Positions 18,201 through 26,418 of a stretch of DNA of 64,000 nt are shown here, piece after piece. The DNA is taken from IMG/VR virus record IMGVR_UViG_3300033066_000417; one strand, 5' to 3'. Under the pieces are notes generated by a model. The model was given only the letters and a program-made list of their open reading frames with translations. It searched no databases and was not told where the DNA came from. Within the stretch, counting starts at the first letter, position 1, and every line of letters begins with the position of its first letter. The translations under genes were made by a program, and so were the position numbers. The DNA is from an uncultured virus (IMG/VR IMGVR_UViG_3300033066_000417) (taxonomy: Duplodnaviria; Heunggongvirae; Uroviricota; Caudoviricetes).

Positions 18201-19593
18201 CGGTCATTACAATACAGAAGAGATGGATTTAAGCCAAGGTTCTGGCGACCCAGCTAATTATAAAGACCTGAAGAAAAATCAGGATTCTGAATTTACAACT
18301 GATGAACAAGGGATGGTTCAGAAGGTTAAATCTTTAAGACACCTTGCTGGATTAAATGAACTTGCTGATGACAGAGCTGAAGAAGTTGAAAAAGAAAAAG
18401 AAGACTATGGCTTTGAAATGAACGATGAAATCCTTGATGACAAGGAAATCAAAGGTAACATGGAAGACACTTTGAAAGATAAGAAATCAAACAGAATGTT
18501 TGAAGACTATGATAAAGAAAAACCTGAAAAAGAAGAAGATGAAGTAGAAGAAACAGTAAAAGAGGCTAAGAATGCGTTTGAGAAAATGAACAACGCTATG
18601 ACTCTTGATGCTACTCCTTTAAATCTTGATTCAGAAAACTCTTCAAGCCTTGGAACAGAAACAGATAATCTAGGTAATGAAGACCAGTCAGGTATAGGTA
18701 AAATCATGTCCTTCTTAAAAGACACAATGTCTGCTATGGATGAGTTTGATACTCCAGAGCCTATGGACTATTCTATCAAGACCGATGAAGATGGTGTAAA
18801 AGATTTTGAAAACAAGACTGCTGGATGGTATGACAATACCAGAGGGAAAATAATGGATATTTACAGAGGACTCAAGGCTGGATTTAAATTTAGAAGAGGT
18901 CAAGAAGTTACAGACGGTACTAGAAAAGGTACAATAATTTCTGGAGAGAATAGTAATTTTTCAGAAGGGTATCATAACGAAAATGAGCGAGATGGAGCTT
19001 ATAGAGTAGGTGTTAAATGGGAAGATGACACTGAAAACTATTATTATTCTGATGGGGCTGGCAATTTTAAAGAAATACAAAAATCTGCTGGAACAGTTCC
19101 TTACAACATAAACCCTAATGACCCAGTAGAAGTTAAAAATGAAACTGGTGGAACAGAAACAACAGGTACTGTTACAGACGTAAAAGAGGAAGTTAATCCA
19201 GATGGTTCAACATCTCCTACAGTTGAGATGAGTGATGGTAAAACATATCCTGCTGATGAGCATATGATTCAGAAGACTATGAATAAATCAGCTAAACTTT
19301 TAGAGCTTGAGAACATGGACTTCGGAGACTCAGAGAAACTTTCAAAATTAGCTAAATTAGAAGTAGAAGCACTTGAAGTTCCAGAACTTATAATTACTTC
19401 TGCTGTACAGGATTCTACAGAAGCAGATGCTATGATATCTGACAACGAAGCTGGAGAAGTATTCGATTCTGAGCCAGTTGTTAAAAGGTCAGCTATAAAG
19501 CCTAAAGTAAATAACGGATTTACTATAAACACTCACGGTTCATTAAAGCCCAGAAATGCAGAATTGAACATTGATAATATGTGGGATGAGTAA
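15298..19593 (+). CDS. Prohead (capsid maturation) protease fused to scaffold-like and cargo domains
   Basis: N-term NSNFDAFP.EEL..YKTF..VDH.N..GLVLDS..TSMG..CSICGN..CEH..YEIN.GLDFFEDS; upstream of capsid genes; ~1100-aa acidic extension with a DUF3293-like and SH3-like modules. Confidence 0.75.
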   Translation: MAFIKRAQSKFKVEQVYSYSDLQEGLVKVAGKNVTAKVINKISSIPAIQAEPDNYLYIRNRSVSGLDTWGFNSNFDAFPSEELQSAYKTFVRVGISVDHINNGEEDLIGLVLDSEYVPKQLYCINDNTLFPFSEEKRASLIKEGKKLKVVGDYVENLLCIDKKLANEKRAGLVEAILNGEVTDTSMGTSVQESECSICGNVARGEHEYCEHIKCKRCGNRAPKNGEKECLHSNDKGRMISYNGHNPKYCYEINRGLDFFEDSIILSETFAKKSGATAQAGGEGADTGAKILEVVANKKPSILDEVKKRANVGTLSDDTIVIGEEPKELEQKREEYEESREDYFEDGKTSMKIEDKDITASTLKSIAKNKKDYSEFENEVSKVVGSISTPSRIKLRSFYKTFQERHRDEVLAVAKHIVDTQDGINQESLKERLASHGFNQKEIDEALAYQVKVKGNYDVSSKLKNFLVEGMKLYNEIDKTADLQGANYANTMNTGLAELVDRYNDSKMDDSGDLNETKGADGKNYIGSEPIGETRSMKKTADLKNEILQFVNGQTETPKENIFGRFGYQPEVNQAIDDLVSENKVTVDEFESVHPVTDDINNAGATAEAQENVSVVEPSETDSFANVEAFEKYLINPQSDWVILSATDQSKTTDANGNSIPAYLNPENIEANQKLLTDIKALGLDAVEAQGVYLNNPEGKSYLVDGASLKDGVFLGLKYNQESILIPQGIYTLPKAGSENVKSPQDVSEALIHQGELAPATTSGNQPVVYWGESAKEQDGYTTLNIGGEDVAFSFDIDWNGIKPFGQYLSKTSGLVEDEAKDAQEVKDDAEIIKYTDEDLTKESKNTMIERLELTARRLNKAFEKFAGIDMNKEIWEGWTVGSFIEELEPSFDMIMNGQSWQEPFKTVAEVKKWCMENQPYYKKYIPEVVNYFWNKVQQNSNNRFAKKASDKVKQDKMDIGGVGSPDSDGHYNTEEMDLSQGSGDPANYKDLKKNQDSEFTTDEQGMVQKVKSLRHLAGLNELADDRAEEVEKEKEDYGFEMNDEILDDKEIKGNMEDTLKDKKSNRMFEDYDKEKPEKEEDEVEETVKEAKNAFEKMNNAMTLDATPLNLDSENSSSLGTETDNLGNEDQSGIGKIMSFLKDTMSAMDEFDTPEPMDYSIKTDEDGVKDFENKTAGWYDNTRGKIMDIYRGLKAGFKFRRGQEVTDGTRKGTIISGENSNFSEGYHNENERDGAYRVGVKWEDDTENYYYSDGAGNFKEIQKSAGTVPYNINPNDPVEVKNETGGTETTGTVTDVKEEVNPDGSTSPTVEMSDGKTYPADEHMIQKTMNKSAKLLELENMDFGDSEKLSKLAKLEVEALEVPELIITSAVQDSTEADAMISDNEAGEVFDSEPVVKRSAIKPKVNNGFTINTHGSLKPRNAELNIDNMWDE

Positions 19594-19610
19594 CAAAATT
19601 AACAACTTTT

Positions 19611-19630
19611 TTTGTATTTATTATATAGAA
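19611..19630 (+). promoter_or_regulatory. Putative late promoter motif
   Basis: TTTGTATTTATTATATAGAA upstream of the capsid operon. Confidence 0.8.
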
Positions 19631-19680
19631 AGATACCCTTAACGAGTTTAATAACGATTTAACAATTTAAAAGATAAACA

Positions 19681-20139
19681 ATGTCAAAAGAAACTAACAA
19701 AACTGCAATGAAAAAAGTAGCTGTAAAGACAGTTATTGCAAACTGCAGGGAAGACCTTAAAGAAGTAAAGACAGTAAAATCTCTGTTATCTACTTTGTTC
19801 AAGAAAGCAGAAACTGAGTGGATTCCTAAAATTGCTAAAACAGAAAAAGAAGCTAAAGACCTTTTAAAGAAAGCTTTAGATATTTCTGTTAACGATGAGA
19901 ACGGTTCCATGGACGTAGCTGTATCTTCAGACGAAGGTGAAGCTGTAACAGTTACTGACAATACCATGAACGGTGGTGCTGGTGATGACGGTTTTGCTCC
20001 TGAAGGCGGAGACGACTTCGGTGCAGAAGGTGATGCTGGTGCTCCTATGAGTGACGATGAAATGCAAAAAACATTCAAACTTATTCAGGATAACATGGCG
20101 AAGCTTTCAAAAAGTATTGAGAAAAAGAAAACAAAATAA
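19681..20139 (+). CDS. Scaffold-like head protein
   Basis: Helical ends, acidic Gly-rich middle, NKTAMKKVA; between protease and capsid genes. Confidence 0.55.
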   Translation: MSKETNKTAMKKVAVKTVIANCREDLKEVKTVKSLLSTLFKKAETEWIPKIAKTEKEAKDLLKKALDISVNDENGSMDVAVSSDEGEAVTVTDNTMNGGAGDDGFAPEGGDDFGAEGDAGAPMSDDEMQKTFKLIQDNMAKLSKSIEKKKTK

Positions 20140-20158
20140 TTAATGGAGATAAACTAAA

Positions 20159-20671
20159 ATGGGATTAGGTAGACAAAAATTTACAGTTTTAAAAGTAGGT
20201 GAATTCGCTCAGGAATCTGGTGCAGTTTACTATGGTGGTAGCCCTATGGCTGTTACTCAGAGTGGTACTTTAAGGAATGCTAAATATGCTCAGCTTGCTT
20301 CTGCAAAATCAGATGCTACAGCTACAACATATGTAGGTATTGCTTATAACACTTCAACAGTAGATGCGAATACTTACGGTGGAAAGTCAACATTCTTAGC
20401 AGGTGCATGTGTTGTTACTATGTCAAAGATGTTAGCTAACACAAATAACAGTGTATTGAACGTTCAAGGTACTGCTGGACAATCAGGTGATGATTATCCT
20501 TACGATACCACATTAACATGGAACGAAGCAGACTTAGTATTTGTAGGTCACACTGGTAAATGGGTTAATGTTAACCCTGCTTCAGGTAAACCTTGCTACG
20601 GTACGGTTCTTGAAGTTGGAACAGATAGTCTTACAGTTCTGTTCTACGGTGGTTCAAACGCTGTATATTAA
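20159..20671 (+). CDS. Head decoration/minor capsid protein
   Basis: Immediately upstream of MCP; Gly/Thr-rich beta pattern (LVFVGHTGKW, YGTVLEVG). Confidence 0.6.
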   Translation: MGLGRQKFTVLKVGEFAQESGAVYYGGSPMAVTQSGTLRNAKYAQLASAKSDATATTYVGIAYNTSTVDANTYGGKSTFLAGACVVTMSKMLANTNNSVLNVQGTAGQSGDDYPYDTTLTWNEADLVFVGHTGKWVNVNPASGKPCYGTVLEVGTDSLTVLFYGGSNAVY

Positions 20672-20680
20672 TAGGTTTTT

Positions 20681-20722
20681 GAAAGAACTGCTATCTCTCC
20701 TTACCTGAGATAGCATTCTTTC
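20681..20722 (+). promoter_or_regulatory. Long hairpin in MCP leader
   Basis: GAAAGAA(C)TGCTATCTC-TCCTTACCT-GAGATAGCATTCTTTC, 16-bp stem, no U-tract. Confidence 0.6.
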
Positions 20723-20789
20723 TCCCTTACAAAATGTTAAGTAGGATAGGTTAAGTAGAAATGAAAAAACAATTAGACACAAATAAATA

Positions 20790-21680
20790 ATGTCAGAAAT
20801 AAAAAAACTTAGCAGAGAAGAGCAATATAACAAAGACCTTCGTAAAGAAGCTTTGTTAAAACAGGCTATGAAGTCACCTGCTGGTCTTAAAAAGATTACC
20901 AGTGCTCTTAGCAATCCAGTAAGAAAGAAACTTGACTACGTAGGTATCTCAAGAAAATTCGTTGTTACTGAGCTGTGGGCTGAAGGTATGCCTTTAATAT
21001 TCGACAGAGATGTTGAAGAATTTACAGCAGTTGTTATCGGTAAAAACGGTAGTGCAAGGTATCTTGAAGTAGAAGTTGAAAGAGTTGAATTAACACCTTT
21101 CGAGGTTGTTGTTAACCCTAGAGTACCTTACAGAGAACTTTACAGCAGGTTATATCAGGTTGTAAAAAGAGTAAAAGAGAGAATTGAACAAGCTATGGCT
21201 TTAAGAGAAGACTTAATATTCTTCTCAGCTTTAGAGGATGCTTCAACAGCTTATCATCCTACAACAAGTGTGGCAACATACTTAACAAAGGATGCTCTGG
21301 CTAGAAGCTTCACACCTTTAGAGAAAAACAGGTTAGTACCTCAGAATATTCTGATGACAGCTTATGGTATCCAAGGTATCAGACGTTGGCAGTATCAGGA
21401 TATTGATGACACAGCTCGTATGGAAATCAGAAAATCTGGATACTTAGGTAGTATCTGGGGTGCACAGATGTACATCTCCGACCAGATTAACATGGGTACA
21501 TACTATGTTATGGCATCACCTGAATTCCTCGCATGGCAACCTTTCAGAAAGGAAGCGGAGGTAATACCTGCTGACAGTCCTGAAAACTTAACACTTGGAT
21601 TCTTAGCATATGAGTATTATGCTCTGTTGATTCACAACGTGTTAGCGTGCCTTAAAGGAACGTTCTCAGTAACTGCATAA
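20790..21680 (+). CDS. Major capsid protein (HK97 fold)
   Basis: NPVRKKLDYVGISRK, FEVVVNP, ALREDLIFF, GYLGSIWGAQMY; 296 aa; position after protease/decoration genes; followed by terminator. Confidence 0.85.
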   Translation: MSEIKKLSREEQYNKDLRKEALLKQAMKSPAGLKKITSALSNPVRKKLDYVGISRKFVVTELWAEGMPLIFDRDVEEFTAVVIGKNGSARYLEVEVERVELTPFEVVVNPRVPYRELYSRLYQVVKRVKERIEQAMALREDLIFFSALEDASTAYHPTTSVATYLTKDALARSFTPLEKNRLVPQNILMTAYGIQGIRRWQYQDIDDTARMEIRKSGYLGSIWGAQMYISDQINMGTYYVMASPEFLAWQPFRKEAEVIPADSPENLTLGFLAYEYYALLIHNVLACLKGTFSVTA

Positions 21681-21710
21681 TATTGTTATTAGTATGTAGT
21701 TAAAAAGTCT

Positions 21711-21750
21711 AAGGCAGAAGAAATAACCAAAAACTTCTGCCTTGCTTTTA
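21711..21750 (+). terminator. Terminator after MCP
   Basis: AAGGCAGAAG...CTTCTGCCTT then GCTTTT. Confidence 0.7.
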
Positions 21751-21772
21751 TAAAAAATTTTTAGTATATTAC
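21742..21772 (+). promoter_or_regulatory. Host-type promoter for HNH gene
   Basis: TTG-N20-TATATTAC, ATG 4 nt later. Confidence 0.5.
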
Positions 21773-21775
21773 AGT

Positions 21776-22543
21776 ATGAAAAAAGTTTGTACTAAGTGTA
21801 ATATTGAGAAGTTGCTAGAGGAGTTTCCTAAAAGCAAAAGAAGGAAAGATGGTAGAGCTAGTTGGTGCTTAAAATGTAACTCTGATTGGAAAAAGGAAAA
21901 CAAAGATAGTATTAACATTACAAGAAGAAAGTATGCGAAAGCTAATTCGGAAAAAATATCACAGTACAATAAGAATTGGAAACAAGAAAATTCTGAGCAT
22001 ATAAAAGATTATAATAGTGCTTATAGAGAAGAAAATATTGAATATTTAAGTTGGCTAAAAAAGAATAATTACTATGATAAACAGGAAGAAATACTAAACA
22101 AACGTAAGCAGAGTAGATTAGATGACCCAGAGAAGTATAGAGAACGTGATAAAAAACATGATGCTGGTAGAAAAGATAAGAGAAAAGAGTACAGTAAAGA
22201 GTGGACTAAAAGACCCTCTTCCAGAGTAGTAAGAGTTAACAACCAGAACAAGCGTAGGGCAAAGTATAAAGAGACAGATATAACCACAGAGTGGCTTACA
22301 GAATTAAGAGTGTTAGCAGTATATTGTCCGACATGTGACTGCAAAATGGTTGAAGATGGACTTGCCCAGAATGGGAAAACATTAGACCACATAATTACAT
22401 TAAATACGTTTGGAACTCACACAATGGATAACGTGAGATACATTTGCAGAAAGTGTAACAACTCCAGACCTAAAGATAATAGTGATGTTGAAGAAAGTTT
22501 TATTACAGAGTTTAGATTTAGACATAATGTTGAAGAGCAATAA
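21776..22543 (+). CDS. HNH endonuclease (free-standing homing type)
   Basis: N-term KVCTKC..WCLKC, charged helical linker, CPTC..TLDHI..GTH...N...ICRKCN. Confidence 0.85.
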   Translation: MKKVCTKCNIEKLLEEFPKSKRRKDGRASWCLKCNSDWKKENKDSINITRRKYAKANSEKISQYNKNWKQENSEHIKDYNSAYREENIEYLSWLKKNNYYDKQEEILNKRKQSRLDDPEKYRERDKKHDAGRKDKRKEYSKEWTKRPSSRVVRVNNQNKRRAKYKETDITTEWLTELRVLAVYCPTCDCKMVEDGLAQNGKTLDHIITLNTFGTHTMDNVRYICRKCNNSRPKDNSDVEESFITEFRFRHNVEEQ

Positions 22544-22572
22544 AAAATAACCTTAAAAAAAGGAATAATACA

Positions 22573-23157
22573 ATGGCAACAACAAAAGCAAAAACCCCTA
22601 CCCCAGATAATTTAAAAGCTAGGCTTTTAGAATTTCATAATAAGAAAATAGCTGATTCAGAACATGTTCTGATGGAAGATGATAAAGTACCATGTTTTGA
22701 TTACATGATTAATGTATCAGGTGGGGATATCATGATTCCAGACTTACAAGCAATTGATAAAATGCCTGATTCAGGAAAGATTTTTAAAGTAGAAGCTGGC
22801 AGAAGAATAAATTTAAATACTGTATTCTCTGTTGGAGCTATTAACAGGAACAGGTCACAATTATTAAACGTATTGAATGAAATGCGTTCCAGCATTGACC
22901 CAGACTACCCAGCATTTCTTTTAGTATCAAAAGAAGATATTCAGATTCAATTCCCTTTTGAGCTTGTAAAGAAATCTTTAGTTGATAGAATGAAAGATTC
23001 TGGAAGACAGACTCTTGAACTTGGACAGAACGAGTACGATGTGAAGTTAGCTGAAGAGCTTGCAAAAGAAGAAAAGGCTAATGCTAAAGCTTCTGTTAAA
23101 AGTGGTGTAGGTAACACAAATACCAAAACTAAACAAGAAGTAGAAAATTCAATATAA
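22573..23157 (+). CDS. Hypothetical protein
   Basis: 194-aa ORF with AGGA RBS. Confidence 0.6.
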   Translation: MATTKAKTPTPDNLKARLLEFHNKKIADSEHVLMEDDKVPCFDYMINVSGGDIMIPDLQAIDKMPDSGKIFKVEAGRRINLNTVFSVGAINRNRSQLLNVLNEMRSSIDPDYPAFLLVSKEDIQIQFPFELVKKSLVDRMKDSGRQTLELGQNEYDVKLAEELAKEEKANAKASVKSGVGNTNTKTKQEVENSI

Positions 23158-23600
23158 TGGATTTTATAACATTTAGAAAAAACGTTCCTGAAACTCTTTT
23201 AGTTACGGATGCACGAGATGTTTTTAAAATAACAAATGATTACTTTAAACTTAGAGAGTCGAACTATCCGTTTGACTCTCTTCAATTTTCTGGGTATCTT
23301 AAAACAGAAAAGATAAGTGTAGTATTTATAGGTGAAGACTTTCCTAATGGGGAGCTGTTTAAAAAGTATCTTGTTACTGATGCAAAGATGCAAGCTCAAA
23401 AAGAAGAGCAGATAAAAGTTTTTGAAGAAAAAGTAAAGCAGGACAAAGAGCTTCAGAAGATAGAAGATAAGAAAAAAGCTCAGGCTGAAAAGAAGGAAGA
23501 ACAGGCTCGTGCAAAAAAAGAGCTTGCCAGAAAGAATAATATAGTTATCATTAAAGATGACGTAATTGAAGAGAATGTAAGTAAGCATTTAATGGCATAA
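23157..23600 (+). CDS. Hypothetical protein, charged C-terminal helix
   Basis: TAATG overlap. Confidence 0.6.
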   Translation: MDFITFRKNVPETLLVTDARDVFKITNDYFKLRESNYPFDSLQFSGYLKTEKISVVFIGEDFPNGELFKKYLVTDAKMQAQKEEQIKVFEEKVKQDKELQKIEDKKKAQAEKKEEQARAKKELARKNNIVIIKDDVIEENVSKHLMA

Positions 23601-24461
23601 ATGGCTAATCTTGTAAAAGTAGGTAACGTAAAAACTTCATTTATATTTTTAGGTGAACACTGTGAGATACAGGTTTGCTTTTTAGATAAAACAGCTCAGG
23701 CTCCTGTTACTGTTACTAAACCCTCATTCCAGATTTTAGATTCTAACGGTAATGAAGTTACTGTAAGAACTTTAAAGCATCTTTCTCCCATGGAGAACAG
23801 GGAAGGTTATTACAAAGTAACTTTTCTTGCTACTGGTGCTTTAACCGATGGCAGATATGATTTAGTGTTTTCAGGATATTATCCAGATGACAGCAAACCT
23901 AAAAATAAAATTGAGATTAAAAGTAGCATAGAGATTATTCCAGTGGATAATCTTCAAATTACTATGGAGCTTCTTAAAAGAAGAGCACATGACCATTTAA
24001 CTGAGTTCTATCAAATAGATGACCCAGAACTATATAAGTTTAGTGATGGGGAGCTGTATGATGCTTTAAAGATGGCTACTGACAGGTGGAATGAACAGCC
24101 TCCAGTAACAGAAGAAGGATTTAATAATCTAGCTTCTACCATTGATAACTTTCCTTTTCCAGCATTGCAGATAGATTTAGCTGAGTGCTATTTATTAACT
24201 CCAAAGCTTTTACTTGAAATTTGGAATACGATATCTTATTCAGATGATATCTCTTTTAATATAAATCGTGCTCCGATGTTACAATCTTACATTCAATGGA
24301 AGATGCAGGATATAACACAGAGACTGGCAAAGATTAAACCAGACTGGACATGGAGACATACAAGAGTTAAAGGTATTAAGTCAACTAAGATTCCTACAAG
24401 GGCATTAAGGCAACTAAGCTTTATCCCTCAACTTTCATTTATAAGCACAGGTGGTTACTAA
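23601..24461 (+). CDS. Head-tail adaptor with N-terminal Ig-like domain
   Basis: GYYKVTF..L.DGRYDL beta domain; FSDGELYDAL.MA...WNEQPP helical adaptor-like domain; position after MCP. Confidence 0.55.
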   Translation: MANLVKVGNVKTSFIFLGEHCEIQVCFLDKTAQAPVTVTKPSFQILDSNGNEVTVRTLKHLSPMENREGYYKVTFLATGALTDGRYDLVFSGYYPDDSKPKNKIEIKSSIEIIPVDNLQITMELLKRRAHDHLTEFYQIDDPELYKFSDGELYDALKMATDRWNEQPPVTEEGFNNLASTIDNFPFPALQIDLAECYLLTPKLLLEIWNTISYSDDISFNINRAPMLQSYIQWKMQDITQRLAKIKPDWTWRHTRVKGIKSTKIPTRALRQLSFIPQLSFISTGGY

Positions 24462-24721
24462 TGTTTAAAACAGCAAAAGAAGAAGGTAGTGAAAAATTCA
24501 GAGTAGACCCTTTTAAAAAAGTAGTCTATGAGCAGGAACCAGAAGAAGACGAAACTGAAAAAGTTTCTGAAGATGATTTTTCCAATAAAAGCTTATCCGA
24601 TAAGCTTGGTGTAATATTTGACATGTTGAAAGACATGAATAGAAAAATAGATGAGAATCAAAGACAGAACGCTGGAGCTTTGGAAGATTTAAGTTTAATT
24701 GCTGGGAGGGAAGTTGGGTAA
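24461..24721 (+). CDS. Small acidic protein
   Basis: Starts MFKTAK. Confidence 0.55.
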   Translation: MFKTAKEEGSEKFRVDPFKKVVYEQEPEEDETEKVSEDDFSNKSLSDKLGVIFDMLKDMNRKIDENQRQNAGALEDLSLIAGREVG

Positions 24722-25724
24722 AATAGATACTAAGTATTATGATTTTAATTTATTTTTAAAAGATTTTTTCACTCCAGATGAGAAAGATTCTAAATTACTA
24801 AAAGGTACTCAAGGATTTGATACTGAACAATTTTATGATATACAGTATAACCATAAAGATGAATTTTCACAAGATAGTTTAGAAAAAAATTTAAAAGAAG
24901 ATTGGGTTGAACTTATAAAATTTTTTGAGTCTATACCTGAAACATTTTCAGTATATAGAATTGTATATGTTGACATAAGTAATAGAGACTCATTTATTAA
25001 ATCATTAAAAGCTGGACAGCCTTTTATGAATTTTAATAATGTTGGAAAATATTGGTCATGGGATGATAATAATTGGGATAATAGAGAAGCTTTCTGGGGA
25101 GGTGACTTATCAGATAGCAGAAATGCAGTGCTGTTAGCAGGAAAAGTAAATAAAAATGATGTTAATTGGGATAACACTATTTTTATGAATATGTCAGGAC
25201 TTCGCTATGAGCATGAGATAACTTTAAAGGATAATGCTCCAGTGCAACTGCTACAAGTAAAATTTGATTGGGAAGATTTTGAAAATATGAAATCAGGAAC
25301 TAAAGTAATACCTGTAAATAAAACGGTAAAAGCTAACTTAGTAAAAGAGCCTAATCTTAAAGATTTTCTTAATGCAATGCTCTCTACCAGAGGGGAACCA
25401 AAAAAGATTTTATCCGTACTAAAAGGAGACTACACTCCAGAAGTACAGGAAACCTTTATTCAAAAAAGAGCCAGACTGCAAAAACTAGGCTGGGAAAAAG
25501 TTGCCAGACTTGCAAAGACTAATAGTAATATAGATACTACTTCCAAGGATGGAGATAAAGTTTTAATTAAGTTGGATAGTTTACCAGACTGGAAACAGAA
25601 AGAGACCTTCATGAAACATTACATGAACGGTAACTTTGAAATAGATGGAGTTTACTTTAGTGAGCTTGACCCTATGGAGCAGAGCAAGATTAGAATAAAG
25701 TTTAATGATTTGAGATATTCCTAG
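24714..25724 (+). CDS. ADP-ribosyltransferase-like protein (R-x-ExE type)
   Basis: Likely TTG start at 24714 after GGGAGG; VYR..GKYWSW..VNWDNTI..EHEI; paralogous to 29226..29699. Confidence 0.55.
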   Translation: MGKIDTKYYDFNLFLKDFFTPDEKDSKLLKGTQGFDTEQFYDIQYNHKDEFSQDSLEKNLKEDWVELIKFFESIPETFSVYRIVYVDISNRDSFIKSLKAGQPFMNFNNVGKYWSWDDNNWDNREAFWGGDLSDSRNAVLLAGKVNKNDVNWDNTIFMNMSGLRYEHEITLKDNAPVQLLQVKFDWEDFENMKSGTKVIPVNKTVKANLVKEPNLKDFLNAMLSTRGEPKKILSVLKGDYTPEVQETFIQKRARLQKLGWEKVARLAKTNSNIDTTSKDGDKVLIKLDSLPDWKQKETFMKHYMNGNFEIDGVYFSELDPMEQSKIRIKFNDLRYS

Positions 25725-25773
25725 CTACAACTTGATTTTTTAAGATTTTTTTAAAGTTATAACTTACACCCTT

Positions 25774-26418
25774 TTGTACGAACCAATAGTCTATACAGGA
25801 AACGAAGGTCTAGAATTCATAGTCAATAACGGAGCTATGTGGCTAGACACATCCACTCTAATACAAGTAGAGGAAGCCTTTATTATAGGCTTACAGAACT
25901 GGATTAGTTATTTACAGGAGAACGGGCATTATGATGCTACTACAAAGACCTATATAGCCTCTGTATACGCTCAGGAGAAGGCTCAGGCTCATCAGATAGC
26001 AGTAGAGGTTACTACCTCAGAAACGGAAGCCGAAGGTCTTGGACAGAACGAAAGACAGCTATTCTGGAAAGATGGAGATGAGACTAGAGAATTTTTAGTT
26101 AAAGGTGGAGCTTTCACTTTTAATGTTGTTTTGCATTGCAGTAGTGTTACAAGAGCTTCGGCATCTTACTTGGCTGATGTTGTAAAATTAGGACTGGAAA
26201 CTGAGGTTGATAATTACTTGTCAAGCATTGGAGTTAACATTCCAGCATCAAGTGTATCTATCAGTGCTCCGAAAGTAGAAGACATTACAGCTAACATGAA
26301 GAACTGGTCAATAGACGTTAGTATAAATAAAGTTTTAGTTTATTGGAACCGTGTTCTGGAAAAAAGCGGAGAAGTTTTAAAAAATTATAATTATTATCTG
26401 GAGAGATTAAATGGGTAA
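25774..26418 (+). CDS. Putative tail completion/terminator protein
   Basis: Position in neck region; FTFNVVLHCSSVTRASASYLADVV alpha/beta pattern; start uncertain. Confidence 0.4.
   Translation: MYEPIVYTGNEGLEFIVNNGAMWLDTSTLIQVEEAFIIGLQNWISYLQENGHYDATTKTYIASVYAQEKAQAHQIAVEVTTSETEAEGLGQNERQLFWKDGDETREFLVKGGAFTFNVVLHCSSVTRASASYLADVVKLGLETEVDNYLSSIGVNIPASSVSISAPKVEDITANMKNWSIDVSINKVLVYWNRVLEKSGEVLKNYNYYLERLNG

Noticed and set aside
25725..25773. Possible early promoter CTTGATTTTT...TTATAACTT
   Set aside because: Does not fit the TTG-N20-TA spacing seen in the eight accepted copies
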